From: Octopus sinensis
Lineage: Eukaryota
DNA length: 64,000 nucleotides
Assembly (NCBI RefSeq): GCF_006345805.1
Contig: NC_043005.1
Location: 89,714,001-89,778,000, forward strand
Direction: 5' to 3'
A model generated the notes under the pieces. The model was given only the letters and a program-made list of their open reading frames with translations. It ran no database searches and was not told where the DNA came from. This document shows, piece by piece, positions 25,661-37,574 of this stretch (position 1 is the first letter of the stretch; each line of letters opens with the position of its first letter). A program made the position numbers and the translations under genes.

Positions 25661-25962
25661 GAAGCTAGCATGCCTCACTGCACATGCAACCATGTGCTGG
25701 CATCTGTTGGCGTGCTACAGAAGTAGTCCGGGAACTTTTTGATACCACTTCGTATGTGTTTGCGTAACCTGTGCTTTTCTGTTTTGCCATGACTATTGCC
25801 CTTCCACTCAGAGCAACGTAATATTTCTTTTCAGTAATGGGATGAACTAAAGTAGCTGATATGATTAAAACCCCTCAAAGGTCTCTTTCTAATGGAAGGG
25901 AGCAGATAAAGAATAAGAGACAGAAAATCATTCAATTTTAAAAATGGACGTTGTTTGCTTAC

Positions 25963-26117
25963 CAAAGACAACTGAGGGAATGTAGGATCCAGAACCACCA
26001 ACCGCATTGAGAAAACGTAACACATATATGGCATAAATGTTGGAGATTAAAGCATTTGCTATTCCAGATGACCCTTGCAAAAATAAACACACAATTATCA
26101 CTTTTTTGCGACCAAAT
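25963..26117 (-). CDS. SLC22: SLC22 exon 4
   Basis: tttttcag| acceptor completes the MFS motif A (SDRFGRK). Reads FGRKKVIIVCLFLQG...LRFLNAVGGSGSYIPSVVF. Donor G|gtaag; 155 nt. Confidence 0.93.
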
Positions 26118-26177
26118 CTGAAAAACATTGAAGAGAAAAACTTAAAAATTCATCTGATTAAACACACACGCGCACAC

Positions 26178-26217
<40 letters not shown>

Positions 26218-26227
26218 ACACACACAT

Positions 26228-26710
26228 GAGGTGTACTCAAAAGGTATCCAAATCTAATGTTTTTTCCTCCAAATCTAATGTCACGTGGGCAAAATACTTT
26301 GGATGGGGGGATAACACTGCCCTTCCTGCGCCTGTAGGTTGCATCAGTTCTCGGCTGTTATGCCTAAAGTACAGATATGTGGTTCTCACTCTGATTTTCG
26401 TCTTACCGTCAGATGGCCAAGTGCACCAAGCAGAGATATTGCATCATGTTTGGCCAAAATCTTGGGGGTACTCAAGCTCAAACCATCCAGAGAATTCAAC
26501 AAACCATTGGCGATATGATACCATGGACAAAACTCAAAGTAAGGAGTGGTATAACTGTTTCAAACACGGCTTCTACTGAGTGGTGAGGGAGGCATGTGAA
26601 GGCAGGCCATCCACAAGCGGAAACGAGGTGACTGAGAAGATTCGGCGAATAGTTATGGAAGGACATCATGTAACAATCCAGGAAATTACTTATGAAATAA
26701 GTTATCCATG
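26228..26710 (+). mobile_element. Mariner 5' fragment (TIR + HTH region)
   Basis: TIR-like gaggtgtactcaaaaggtatcc. Translation MAKCTKQRYCI...EWYNCFKHG...GRPST in broken frames. A related TIR end lies at about 25725-25755. Confidence 0.6.
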
Positions 26711-27539
26711 AATTCCATAGAATCTTTAAATCATCAAATCTTTTGTCCCCCATTTTCCCTTTTGTGTAATTACTTTGGTGAAGAGTTCTTTTATATTATT
26801 TGCTTATATTTTCATATATTTTTTGCATTATTTTTACTTCACGTCTTTTTATTTCTTCTTGTTATTTTGCTTAAATTAAGGATGGGGAATTCCTGAATTT
26901 CTTTCTAGCATTTGAACTTAATTGATATGAGGATATCCAAATGCGATGAACATTTTTTTTCTATAATAATAGCAACACAATATATCTTCACTTTGATATT
27001 TACTTCTATGGCCCAAATCCATGTAATTTCGTCCAATTCTGGCCTTAAGTACACTGTATATATAAAGAGTGGACTTTATTGTGTATATTTAAAGTTCAAC
27101 AGTTGATATTCCGCTAATCAGATGAGCTAGCTTTCTTTATTTGCTTTAATTTGTGAAGAAACGGTTGTACTGTTTATTCATGTGTCTTTTACCTGTTTCA
27201 GTCTTTCGACTGTGGCCATGCTGGGGCACTGCCTTGAGGAATGTCTAGTCAAATGAAACGATCCCAGGACTTTTTTCTCAAGCCTGGCACCAATCTTATG
27301 GTATGTAGAAATTTATAAACGTTTAGGTATTTCTCAGCCAGAGTTTACCATCTACCTACATTCTTTTGTTAGAAACAAAACGTTGAGGCACCCAATTACC
27401 AAGGACTTGAATACTGGACTTTGTACCTTTGACCTTTGCATTGTCAAATCCAATACATCCAATAATACTAAAAGCAACAACAATACTCTCACAACTCGTG
27501 CCTATCTAACAAAAGAGAAACACCTACACACTTGTCTAC

Positions 27540-27666
27540 GTTACTTATATTGGATGGACATTTGTCCTCATCTTGTTTGTTGTTAACACAACGTTTCGGC
27601 TGATATACCCTCCAGGTTTCATCAGGTGTCTTGGGGAAATTTTGAACCTGGGTTCTCATTTTTCGA

Positions 27667-27729
<63 letters not shown>

Positions 27730-27902
27730 CATTATTATTCAGGTCACTGCTTGGAATCTAATTTGGAATCTTGTGGTTAGTAGCCTGCACTCTTAACCAC
27801 TATGCCATATGCCTGGGCATATGGCATAGGGGTTAAGAGTGCGGGCTAACCCCAAGATTCCGAATTTGATACCAGGCAGTGACCTGAAAGATAATAATAA
27901 TG

Positions 27903-27992
<90 letters not shown>

Positions 27993-28177
27993 TCGAAAAA
28001 TACTTTAGGAATGAGAACCTAGGTTCAAAATTTCCCCAAGACACCTGATGAAGGCTGGAGGGTATATCAGTCGAAACGTTGTGTTAACAACAAACAAGAT
28101 GAGGACAAATATCCGTCAATTTTAAATAATGTAAATAATGTACATAATTCCTCATCTCTTTAATATAGAACTGTATT
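27540..28177. mobile_element. Fold-back element: two head-to-head tRNA-head/(AAT)n/hammerhead units with 18-bp TSD
   Basis: Arms 27550-27813 and 27816-28119 are reverse complements. acctacacacttgtctac is duplicated at 27522-27539 and 28178-28195. Confidence 0.8.
28040..28085 (+). ncRNA. Minimal type I hammerhead ribozyme (mirror copy at 27585-27630, minus strand, with stem II mismatches)
   Basis: GACAC-CUGAUGA-A-GGCUG(loop)CAGUC-GAAA-CG-UU^GUGUU. Stem III region AACGUU is palindromic (dimer type). Confidence 0.7.
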
Positions 28178-28560
28178 ACCTACACACTTGTCTACAAATT
28201 TCTACCTGCATGAATAAATTCTAAACAATAACATCTTCCCAAATTTAATCAATAAAAATTTCTCCAAAACACCTCTCCATAATAACTAGCCATAAACACG
28301 TGATTATCACTCCACTCAAACCGACAGACCCAAGGAAGATTCTAGCTCAAGAGACTATATAAAGGCAAGACTAACTCTAATGTATTGCAGTCTGACTATG
28401 GCTTAGCTACCCGAGACTTCGAAGTCACTGTCAACAACATTCTTGCTTAAGAATAATAAATATTCATTTATATATATAAAAATATATATAGGCGTGTGTG
28501 TAGAATCATCATTATTTCTAATTCTCTCTAAAGGAGACTATGGCAGCGGTACTGCATATT

Positions 28561-28899
28561 AATAGTTATCGCCAAGCTAATATGGCAGTCCAGATAAATA
28601 GGACAAGCCATCAGCTCTAAGCTAGCTATGTGACACACAAACCTGTGTCCATTATAAACTTCGAACAAGGGAGGTCAGCAGCTTCCCCTTGCTGGTCAGA
28701 TAAGAGGCAAACACCTCAACACTAGTCTGTGGATGCCAGCCCAGCAAGGGGAAGCTGCTGATCTCCCTTGTTCGAAGGTTATAATGGACACAGGTTTGTG
28801 TGTCACATAGCTAGCTAGAGGCGATGGCCTCTTGGTGCTAATCAACGGCAGCATTTGTCCTATTTATCTGGACTACCATGTTAGCTTGGCGATAACTAT

Positions 28900-28900
<1 letters not shown>
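28561..28900. repeat. Fold-back of a diverged relative of the 362-bp HHR monomer family
   Basis: Arms 28561-28695 and 28741-28900. The sequence gttatcgcc...cttcgaacaagggaggtcagc is shared with 41022-41955 and 61719-62515. Confidence 0.8.
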
Positions 28901-28935
<35 letters not shown>

Positions 28936-29432
28936 GACAAAGAACAATTTTTGCCTCTTTTTATGGAGACAAAAGGGTTTTTAAGACTGCAAAAGAGTGC
29001 TCAAATGAAATTGAGACAGATTAAAAATTTAAAAAACATTGATTAGAGTACAGCCATCAAATTCGAGTCGATGACTTTATATAACACCATGCTTCATATA
29101 TAAATATAACCATAACCTTCAACATATAAAGAATACATATATAAAAAAAAAACACAAAAGGTAATATATATATATAAGCATATAAAAATACAGATAACTG
29201 CCTATCACAAAGTTACACAATTGAATAAAAATTCTAAAGTGTGTCAAGCAACAAAACGTCTAAATAAAATATAAATAAGCTAAATTTTTTTATTCCCCTG
29301 AATTAAAAATATGTCAAAAAAGTTCATTTCATTAAAACCATTGGTAGGCTGGAGTTAAATTTTTTTAGTTAATTGATATTTTTATTTAGGTTTTTAGTTG
29401 TATGACATGCTTTAGAATTTTTACAATTCTAT

Positions 29433-30305
29433 AATTGTATAAACCTTCTTGATAGGCCGTTCTATATATTCGTATTTTTATTTGCATATATATTTTTTAC
29501 CTTCTGTGTGTTTTTTTATATATGTATTCCTTTTAAATCCATGTTTGTTCTCTAACCAATGTTTTTCTCTATATATACATATTTTCAACTAACGGTTTTT
29601 CCAATGACCGGTTAAAATGCAATGAACAAAATTCAGTATAAAATCATCTTATTATAAAATCGAAGAAAACCTTACATCAAAAATAGCTTATAAAGAAGGA
29701 AAGAGTCTAAATACCCAGGGTCAATAATTATTTGTAAAATATTAATCAATACATTAAAAGTCATATCTGTTAAAAAAAATTTAGACTTTTTCCTTCTTTA
29801 TAAGCTATTTTTGATGTAAGGTTTTCTTCGATTTTATAATAAGATGATTTTATACTGAATTTTGTTCATTGCATGTAACCGGTCATTGGAAAAACCGTTA
29901 GTTGAAAAGACCAATGAAACAAAACCATTTTTAAATGTGTATCTATCAAACTAATTGTATGTTTGCTTATAACCTTATCTTTGTTCCACTCTAAACAAAA
30001 CTGTCTGACAAATGGGAACGTGAAACTCTGAGTAACAGTTTTTGTGATATTTTTGCTGCTTTTTAATAAAGCATATTACTCTACCTCTGGTATTCGAGCA
30101 CTATTTTTTCCACCTTGTTTCGCATTTATGTGCTTACTCTGGTACGTATTATATATATATGTATATATAGAGAAAAACATTGGTTAGAGAACAAACATGG
30201 ATTTAAAAGGAATACATATATAAAAAAACACACAGAAGGTAAAAATATATATGCAAATAAAAATACGAATATATAGAACGGCCTATCAAGAAGGTTTATA
30301 CAATT
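29433..30305. repeat. Fold-back with about 250-bp pLTR-like insert in the right arm
   Basis: 29433-29712 pairs with 29775-29905 plus 30158-30305. Confidence 0.75.
29997..30042 (+). ncRNA. Degenerate hammerhead (G8->A); paralog at about 47626-47673 on the minus strand
   Basis: AAAACUGU-CUGACAA-AUG(GGAA)CGU-GAAA-CUCUGAG-UA^ACAGUUUU. The 47.6-kb paralog has CUGACGA but a damaged cleavage site. Confidence 0.55.
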
Positions 30306-30447
30306 CTTGTTGGGTTACATATACATTTAGCAGTATATGCACATACCAAACCATCTATAATATACATATATACACTAAAACATACACATGTACATAGCTA
30401 CATACATATACAAGCATATATAGGCAAGACATAAATATATATACAAA

Positions 30448-30486
<39 letters not shown>

Positions 30487-30678
30487 AATAAGCAACAAGA
30501 ATGACTCCGGAGTCATTCTTGTTGCTTATTTTGATTATAATCACCCCACGGATTTTTATGGATAACACCATACAGAATTCTGGTGCATCTAAATTAAGTA
30601 CCATATTCATTTGAATCTAAATTTTCGCTGAACTTATATATATATATATATACAAATGCATACACATGCACACATTTT

Positions 30679-31150
30679 CTAGCAGAGATGCCCGGCATTG
30701 CTCAGGATTAAAATGGAAATAGCTTGTATATAACATATTACAGTTATGTTGAAACAGGTGATATGGGAGAATGCAGCATTAACAACAAAACATTTGTGGA
30801 GTAAATGCCGGGCTAATCCGACTCAGTAACATGCTATGCGACCGTTTGGAGTATTTCAGACCCTAACCTGTTATGGAAAACTGGAGATGGGGGTTATGTG
30901 ATTTTTGAACGCACCGAAATTTGCAGCAGTCAGCACTATGTCTAGCATCACCCATCATCTGAAATTTTAACACCTTCTTCAGGTTTGTTACCCTACATCA
31001 CTCATAAAGTCAATTTGGAGGAACTGTGGTTGTTCATTTGTGGGTAAGAGGGAACCAATGAGGTGATAGACCTGCCCTTGAACTTTGACGTCGATGTAAA
31101 TTCATGTTTATCTATCTTCTTAGATGTACCAAACGATGTCATTTGAAATA
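30679..31150 (-). mobile_element. Probable non-autonomous Helitron 3' part
   Basis: Minus strand cctgagcaatgccgggcatctctgCTAG resembles the 3' ends at 19321 and 54605. The other boundary is uncertain. Confidence 0.45.
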
Positions 31151-33154
31151 CAGAGTTGTATTGTCTGATATTGTTCAGAAAATCCTTTCACTGGAGTGAA
31201 GTGCCTTCTAGAAGATTCATAAGAGTAGTGCTGGCAATGTTACCTGACCGCCTGAGCAACACATACCATTTGTTCCATTTGAAAATTTTAAAGCTCTACA
31301 TAAACGACAATTTGTGCTCAGCACACCAATTTGGACAGAGTTATCATTTTTATAAGAATGGGATGGATCTTGAGAAAATCTCATCTCTCTTCAAACTTTT
31401 GCCTTCGGTTTTCTACAATCCTCCTTGCTTTATACTTGTTTCTGGAGAGATTACATCTTTTCTGTGTTTCTCCCGCTCATTCCATAAAAATTTATTTGAA
31501 GAGAGCAGAAATTGAAAGAAGAGAAAGCGAAAAGGACAGAGAAAGAAAGTAAAAGATGTATGTACGTCTATATGAAATGGACAGGTGTGTGCGCGTGTGT
31601 GTGTGTGTGTGTGTGTGAAAGAGAGAGAGAGAGAAAGAGAGTGACAAAGAAAGATAGAGTGAGTGAGTGAAGGTGTGTGTCGTGATGATTGATGTCTTTT
31701 AAGGTACACACACATATACAGAATGTGACGTCATCGTATAACATGTTTATGAAAGTTGATTTATGGAAAAGATTATAATGTTAAATTTTTGAAATGCAAA
31801 TATGTGAATGGAAATTACGTTTAATTTGAGCTTTAAAATTATCTCGCATTACAATTTGAGCTTTAAAATTATCTCGCATTACAATAGAGACATAATATCG
31901 AAATAATGTAAGATATAAGAGATTGTTATGGGTTTGCATTAGGCAAGAAGTTGGAAATTCTTTTGGCCCATGACACTGCATTGACCTTCGCTTTTGTATT
32001 TGACGACTAAGTATTTTATTTCGATTTTATGTATATGTGTATGTATGAGTCAATGAGGGAGACCTCTACATGGTAGCTAGACCTGGTAGAAATAGCAGCC
32101 AAATCTCCCTCAAAACACCCTACTGTCTTAATCCGACAATTCTGACTATTATGTAGTTTGAATGAGAAACTGTAACTAAAGATTAAGATTATTAACCCCA
32201 AAAAGGTTATGCGTTTTAATAGCAATCAATTTTTTCTCTTTTTTGCGTAGTTTTTTCCTGTCGGCTGTAAAGGTGAAAAGGGTTAAGTTGGACGGTGTTA
32301 AGTAGTGGAGATGTTGGGTGATTGTATGTGGTGGTTACTTTTGATTGTTTCATCTCAATTACGATAATTGATTGTTAACGAATCTTAACAGTGTGTATAT
32401 ACAACTTCAAGTGGAATCGGACATCAAAAGAGAGACAGAGAGAGGAAAGAAGAGAGACACTATAGCGACGGTTTTGGCTAACTGTCATCCTGTACTACCC
32501 TTTTTAGTAGTGAAATGGTATGTGCTGGCTGTCTGAGTAAACTCATTGCTTTTAATGGCGGAAAATATAGGACAAAAAGATTACAAAAATAGAAATTTTC
32601 ACTTTGAAACTAACAATTTTGAAAATCTTTTTAGATTACGGAATGCCCTGCTCTCTCATGTAGCCTTGTTTAAAATTTCAGTGCGGTCAGATGAACAATA
32701 CTCGAGTTATAAGCGCACAAACAGACAGAACGGAATTTATATATTTGATATATGTACACACACATGCACCCGCTTTAAAATCTCCTGGCATATGCTTATA
32801 CAAGTTAGTTGTTATAGGCGAAAGAAAGAGAAGTAAAAAAAAAAAAAATCAGAGACTATTAAGTATGGGAAAAATAAAAGAAAGAGAAACAGAGAACTAG
32901 TGAGAGAGAGGGGGAAATAGATAGGGGCAGAGAGCGCTATATAATGACACCCGAAAGTAACCAACAACATTTGGAGACTTCATATGGCTTGTGTAAGAAA
33001 CACACACAAAATTACATCTATATTTGCATAAGCATAAATATACATACATATATACACACATATGGATACGCAAACAAAGATTCAAAAATATGTACGCAAA
33101 TACATACTCACATATAAAAATATACACACATATACATAGACATGCATATATGTA

Positions 33155-33199
<45 letters not shown>

Positions 33200-33224
33200 C
33201 ACACAAACACACACACACACATAT

Positions 33225-33930
33225 ATATGCCTCGTCCCAGGGTCTCAAGGGCCCATACCTCCCACACTCTCAGGGTTGGCACTCTCAACGTTGGCACACT
33301 GAAATGAAGGCCTGGTGAGATTGTTGAGATGCTTGAATGGAGATTTGTCGATATGTGCTGCATCCAAGAAGTAAGATGGAGGGGAGGTTCCGCTAGGTTT
33401 CCTACAGGCAAAGAACACACGTACAATATTGTCTGGGCAGGGAACACTGACGGGGTCGGGGGCGTGGGTATACTTCTTGCGGAGAAATGGGTGGATAAGG
33501 TGATCGAGGTAGTCAGAGTATGCGACAGAATACTTAAGATTAGATTAGTGCTTCATCATGGGTTAGCAACCATTATCTCAGCCGGGGCTACCGGATGGGC
33601 AGAAAGACCGATTCTATGACACCCTACTGCAGACTACCTTGTTGACGAATGACAGGGACCTTCTCTTTGTGGCTGGTGATTTCAATGGACATGTTGGACA
33701 ACATGCAGGGGGCTTCCATGGCGTACATGGAGGCTATGGTTTTGGTTCCCGCAATGAGGAGGGAAACAGACTGCTGGAGTTCTGCGATGCAAATGATCTC
33801 ATGGTTTGCAATACCAACTTCAGGAAACCTGCCAAGTGGATGCCCAGAAGACAACCAGCATGGAGGAGAAGGGTCTGGAAGCTTAAAGATCCTGCGAATG
33901 GACAGGGATTTAGAGACATATTACTTGAAG
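33225..33930 (+). mobile_element. RTE LINE APE-endonuclease fragment
   Basis: CCIQEVRWRG, GVGILLAEKW, VAGDFNGHVG. Confidence 0.85.
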
Positions 33931-34845
33931 CGTAATAATACATATACATACCTACAATACACACACATAAATATATAGAGACATATCTACATCATAACGT
34001 ATATATGCAAACAATTTTTTAAAAATAGTGTTCGGTGTGCATAATTTTGTAAAATAATGAAATTGTACATTAATTTGGTGTAACATAATTAAATACGTGA
34101 GTAAAACTAAAACTAAAACGAAAACTAAAACTAAAAATAAACCTCGGCAAAGCTTAAGCTTAAAATAAAAAATTTAAATATTTGAATTTTAAATTTTAGA
34201 GTCTGAGAGTAAAGGGTGGCTATGAGAGAAATCCAGGTGAGCTGATATGGAGACAGGGATGCAGACAGACACCAAGGCAGCTTTACCTGTATCACTAGCT
34301 CTCTTTCTCTGTGTGTGTGCGTATGAATGTATATATATATATATACAAATGTGTGTCCATATTTGTGTATATATTTAAACTATTCGTCCCAGATCTGATC
34401 TGCGATAGAAGCACCTGTCAGGGTCCCAGATATGGTTTAATTAGCATGTAAATCACTGGGAATGAAGGACCCCTACTTCTTGTCAGAACTTCCTCTTAGG
34501 CAAAGGTAAACTTGTATAAAAAAGCATTGAAGTGCAGTTGGCTTCTGGTCATCTCAGCCTCTGTTGTGCCTCTGGTTTTATGGCAGTTTGCTCAGAAAAG
34601 TGGTTCTTCTCAAACCAAATCCATGCACAGGAACTTCTTGGATTCTCAGAACGTTTGCAAGGAAGTTTTGAACTTATGAAGTGGTCATGCTCGGTCATGA
34701 GTTAACATCCACAACCATATATACAGATTCATGCACTACACACACACACACACACGCACAAACATATATATAAAATATGCAAAAATGCAAAATGTAGTGC
34801 AAGCACTAAACACACCAGCATGCAGATACGACACACAGAACTTAC

Positions 34846-34949
34846 CTGTCTGATAAAATTCCACAGCTGACCATGGCCAAAATGCTGCCCATGAAGTAAA
34901 ACGTAAAGGTGTGCCTTGCCAGAATCGCTTTATCGCAAACGAGATTTAG
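34846..34949 (-). CDS. SLC22: SLC22 exon 3
   Basis: cattgcag| acceptor. Reads LNLVCDKAILARHTFTFYFMGSILAMVSCGILSD-R. Donor AG|gtaag; 104 nt. This exon is absent from the ORF track. Confidence 0.92.
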
Positions 34950-35343
34950 CTGCAATGAGAAATAGGAAAACTATTTAATGTATACATTTTATAATTTTGA
35001 TAATAATAATTTTATGCTTTGGAAATGTAGAAACAGTGTTTCTTGGAGACCCCTTTCATAGTGTGTATTCAAAGGTCTTTGTTGTAGGAACAACGGTCAT
35101 GTGACACTCCCAGAATCGATTGTATAATAGGGAAGGAGCCACTGTCAAAGGGACCACTGTTCATTGGCTCGGGAACAGTGCGAGTACACCTAGTAAAATT
35201 TAGTGGTGCAGGGGCAAAGAAAACGCTTTAAACGATCTCCTAAAAAGCTTCATCACCAAAACGAATGAGCATAAAATCATTTTTGGGTTAATTTCAAAAA
35301 TTATCTTTCATGATTGAATGTATCCGAATTGACTGATGTACAA

Positions 35344-35397
<54 letters not shown>

Positions 35398-35797
35398 TTA
35401 TTATAACTGAGTTTGTTTCAATATTAAGATTGAAAAAAGATTGAATTCATTTTATAAAATATTTTGGACCTGGGTTTGCACCCCTAAGCAAATTCCATTC
35501 CTGCAGTTATGTCACTGTTGGATGTTAATCCAGAATCTTTTGTGTGGAGGGACTTTGTTGTAAAGATTGTTTTCAAGAATTAGTCTCAGAATCTATTCTG
35601 ACCCAGGAGTTATATTGGAAATATTATCAATAACCATTGCCAGAACACTTCACGCTATGGCGACAATGTCTTGGAACCACAATCAATATCCTGTCCCAAC
35701 ATACATTGCATCATAGAGATGTACTTTTGTAGAAAACTCTATCAATAAAACTCCAGAACGTATTCCATTTTCTTCACTCTTTCACCCTCCATATACT

Positions 35798-35930
35798 CAG
35801 ATATCTCCCTGGATAAGATGGTGTCTATACCCAGATATCTCTCTGGATAAGATGGTGTCTATACCCAGATATCACCCTGGATAAGATGATGTCTATACCC
35901 AGATATCTCCCTGTATAAGATGGTATCTAT
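35798..35930. repeat. 34-bp minisatellite, about 4 copies
   Basis: Unit cagatatctccctggataagatggtgtctatacc starts at 35798, 35832, 35866 and 35900. Confidence 0.9.
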
Positions 35931-36956
35931 CTTTGTCCTCGACCTTGTCAACCTTGGATCTTGTAGGAATTATCCTAAACCCATTCTGCCAGTTGCCATG
36001 GTTTTCATCAACTCCTTTGGTATTAGGCATAACCCTGCAACCTTCCATTTCCACTTTGATGCCAATTGATGACACCTTCAGGTCCCAACTGTCCCTTATT
36101 CTATGATTTCTCTTGTTCAGGCATGAATTGTTGACCTTGGTAATTGATGGGATTTTGAAGGATGGCAGAGATTTCAGAGCTGTGTAAAAGAGCTCTCCTG
36201 ATTGTTAATTAGTAATAAAGTGACTGGTGGTTCCAGACAGTAAGAAATAGAATTTTTCAACCATCTTCTCTTCGTCTTGCATCATGGAACTTGATTTGGT
36301 TGGTTGTAAGTCTTTCTTGGTAAAGTATGTCTTGCAATCGTCACCAACTGTTTGGGACTAATGTCACCAATGTCAGCTATAAATACTCTTACTGGGGGCT
36401 GTCCAACCCCTGGCTTAGATGAGGATCTCCCTTATTTCGCCTTCGTCCACTTGGTAACTATATTTATGGCAAGGGCTAACAGGAGAAGAAGCTGATGCTT
36501 GTCTGATGATTTAACTCCGAAGCGATCAACAGTCAGAAATTCCTGAAGAAATCAAAGATCGGGTGGACACATAGTGATGGTGTAGTGTACATTCGGTTTT
36601 GCTTTTACACATGCATGCAGACACATGCGCATATATGAATAAGATCTTACGACTGAATTGAAAATAGAATTTAGGAGCAATGTATATAACAAAGATCTTA
36701 GTACAACATAACAACCTTAGCTAATTTATTTACATTGATATCCCAGCCTAATTGTTTAAGCTCTCCTCATTGGATACTTAACATATACACACAAATACTA
36801 CATTCATAGTTCCCGACATTTGCGTTTCTATGTGTACATGTGGCAGTGATATTGCATTGGTGTGTACATCTAATATTAAGCTTCTCATGATGGTTGTATA
36901 CATGTACAATAATTGAATGCTGTGACCATGAAAAATCTTTCTTGCATGGTTCTGTA

Positions 36957-37105
36957 GGTGCAGGCATGGCTGTGTGGTAAGAATTTTGCTTCCCAAGCAC
37001 ATAGTTCTGGGTTCAGTTCCATTGCATGGCCCCTTGTGTAAGTGTCATCTATTGCTTCAGGTCAACAAAAGTCTTGTGAGGGGATTCGGCTGACGGACAC
37101 TGAAA
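36957..37105 (+). mobile_element. tRNA-derived SINE head
   Basis: Paralog of 17353-17518. Confidence 0.7.
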
Positions 37106-37212
37106 GACACTTGTCATATATATGTGTGTATATATGTGTGTATATATGTGTGTGTGTGCATGTATGTGTGTGTGTGTATGTGTGTGTGTGTATGTGTGTG
37201 TGTGTATGTGTG

Positions 37213-37570
37213 TGAGGCGCAATGGCTCAGTAGTTAGGGCAGTAGACTCGCGGTCATAGGATTGCAGTTTCAATTCCCAGACCGGGTGTTGTGAGTGTTT
37301 ATTGAGCAAAAACCCCTAAACCTCCATGAGGCTCCAGCAAGGGGTGGTGGCAAACCCTGCTGTACTCTTTCGCCACAACTTTCTCTCACTCTTTCTTCCT
37401 GTTTCTGTTGTACCTATATTTCAAAGGGCCAGCCTTATCACACTTTGTGTCATGCTGAATCTACCCAAGAACTACCTCAAGGGTACTCGTGTCTGTGGAT
37501 TGCTCAGCCACTTGCACGTTAATTTCATGAGCAGGCTGTTCTGTTGATCAGTTCAACTGGAACCCTTGTC
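37213..37570 (+). mobile_element. Second tRNA-derived SINE family
   Basis: gaggcgcaatggctcagtagttagggc...gtttcaattccc has A/B-box-like motifs, followed by a non-tRNA body. Confidence 0.55.
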
Positions 37571-37574
37571 ATAA

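Noticed and set aside
26037-26579. 180-aa plus-strand ORF as a host gene
   Set aside because: A chimera of the exon 4 antisense strand, (CA)n and a mariner fragment.
32440-32530. Possible plus-strand first exon ending ATG|gtatgt after a GA-rich tract
   Set aside because: Only a donor-like hexamer. No downstream plus-strand exon was found in the window.
36500-36535. CUGAUGA...GAAG motif as a hammerhead
   Set aside because: No stem II, GAAA is broken and stem I is unconvincing.
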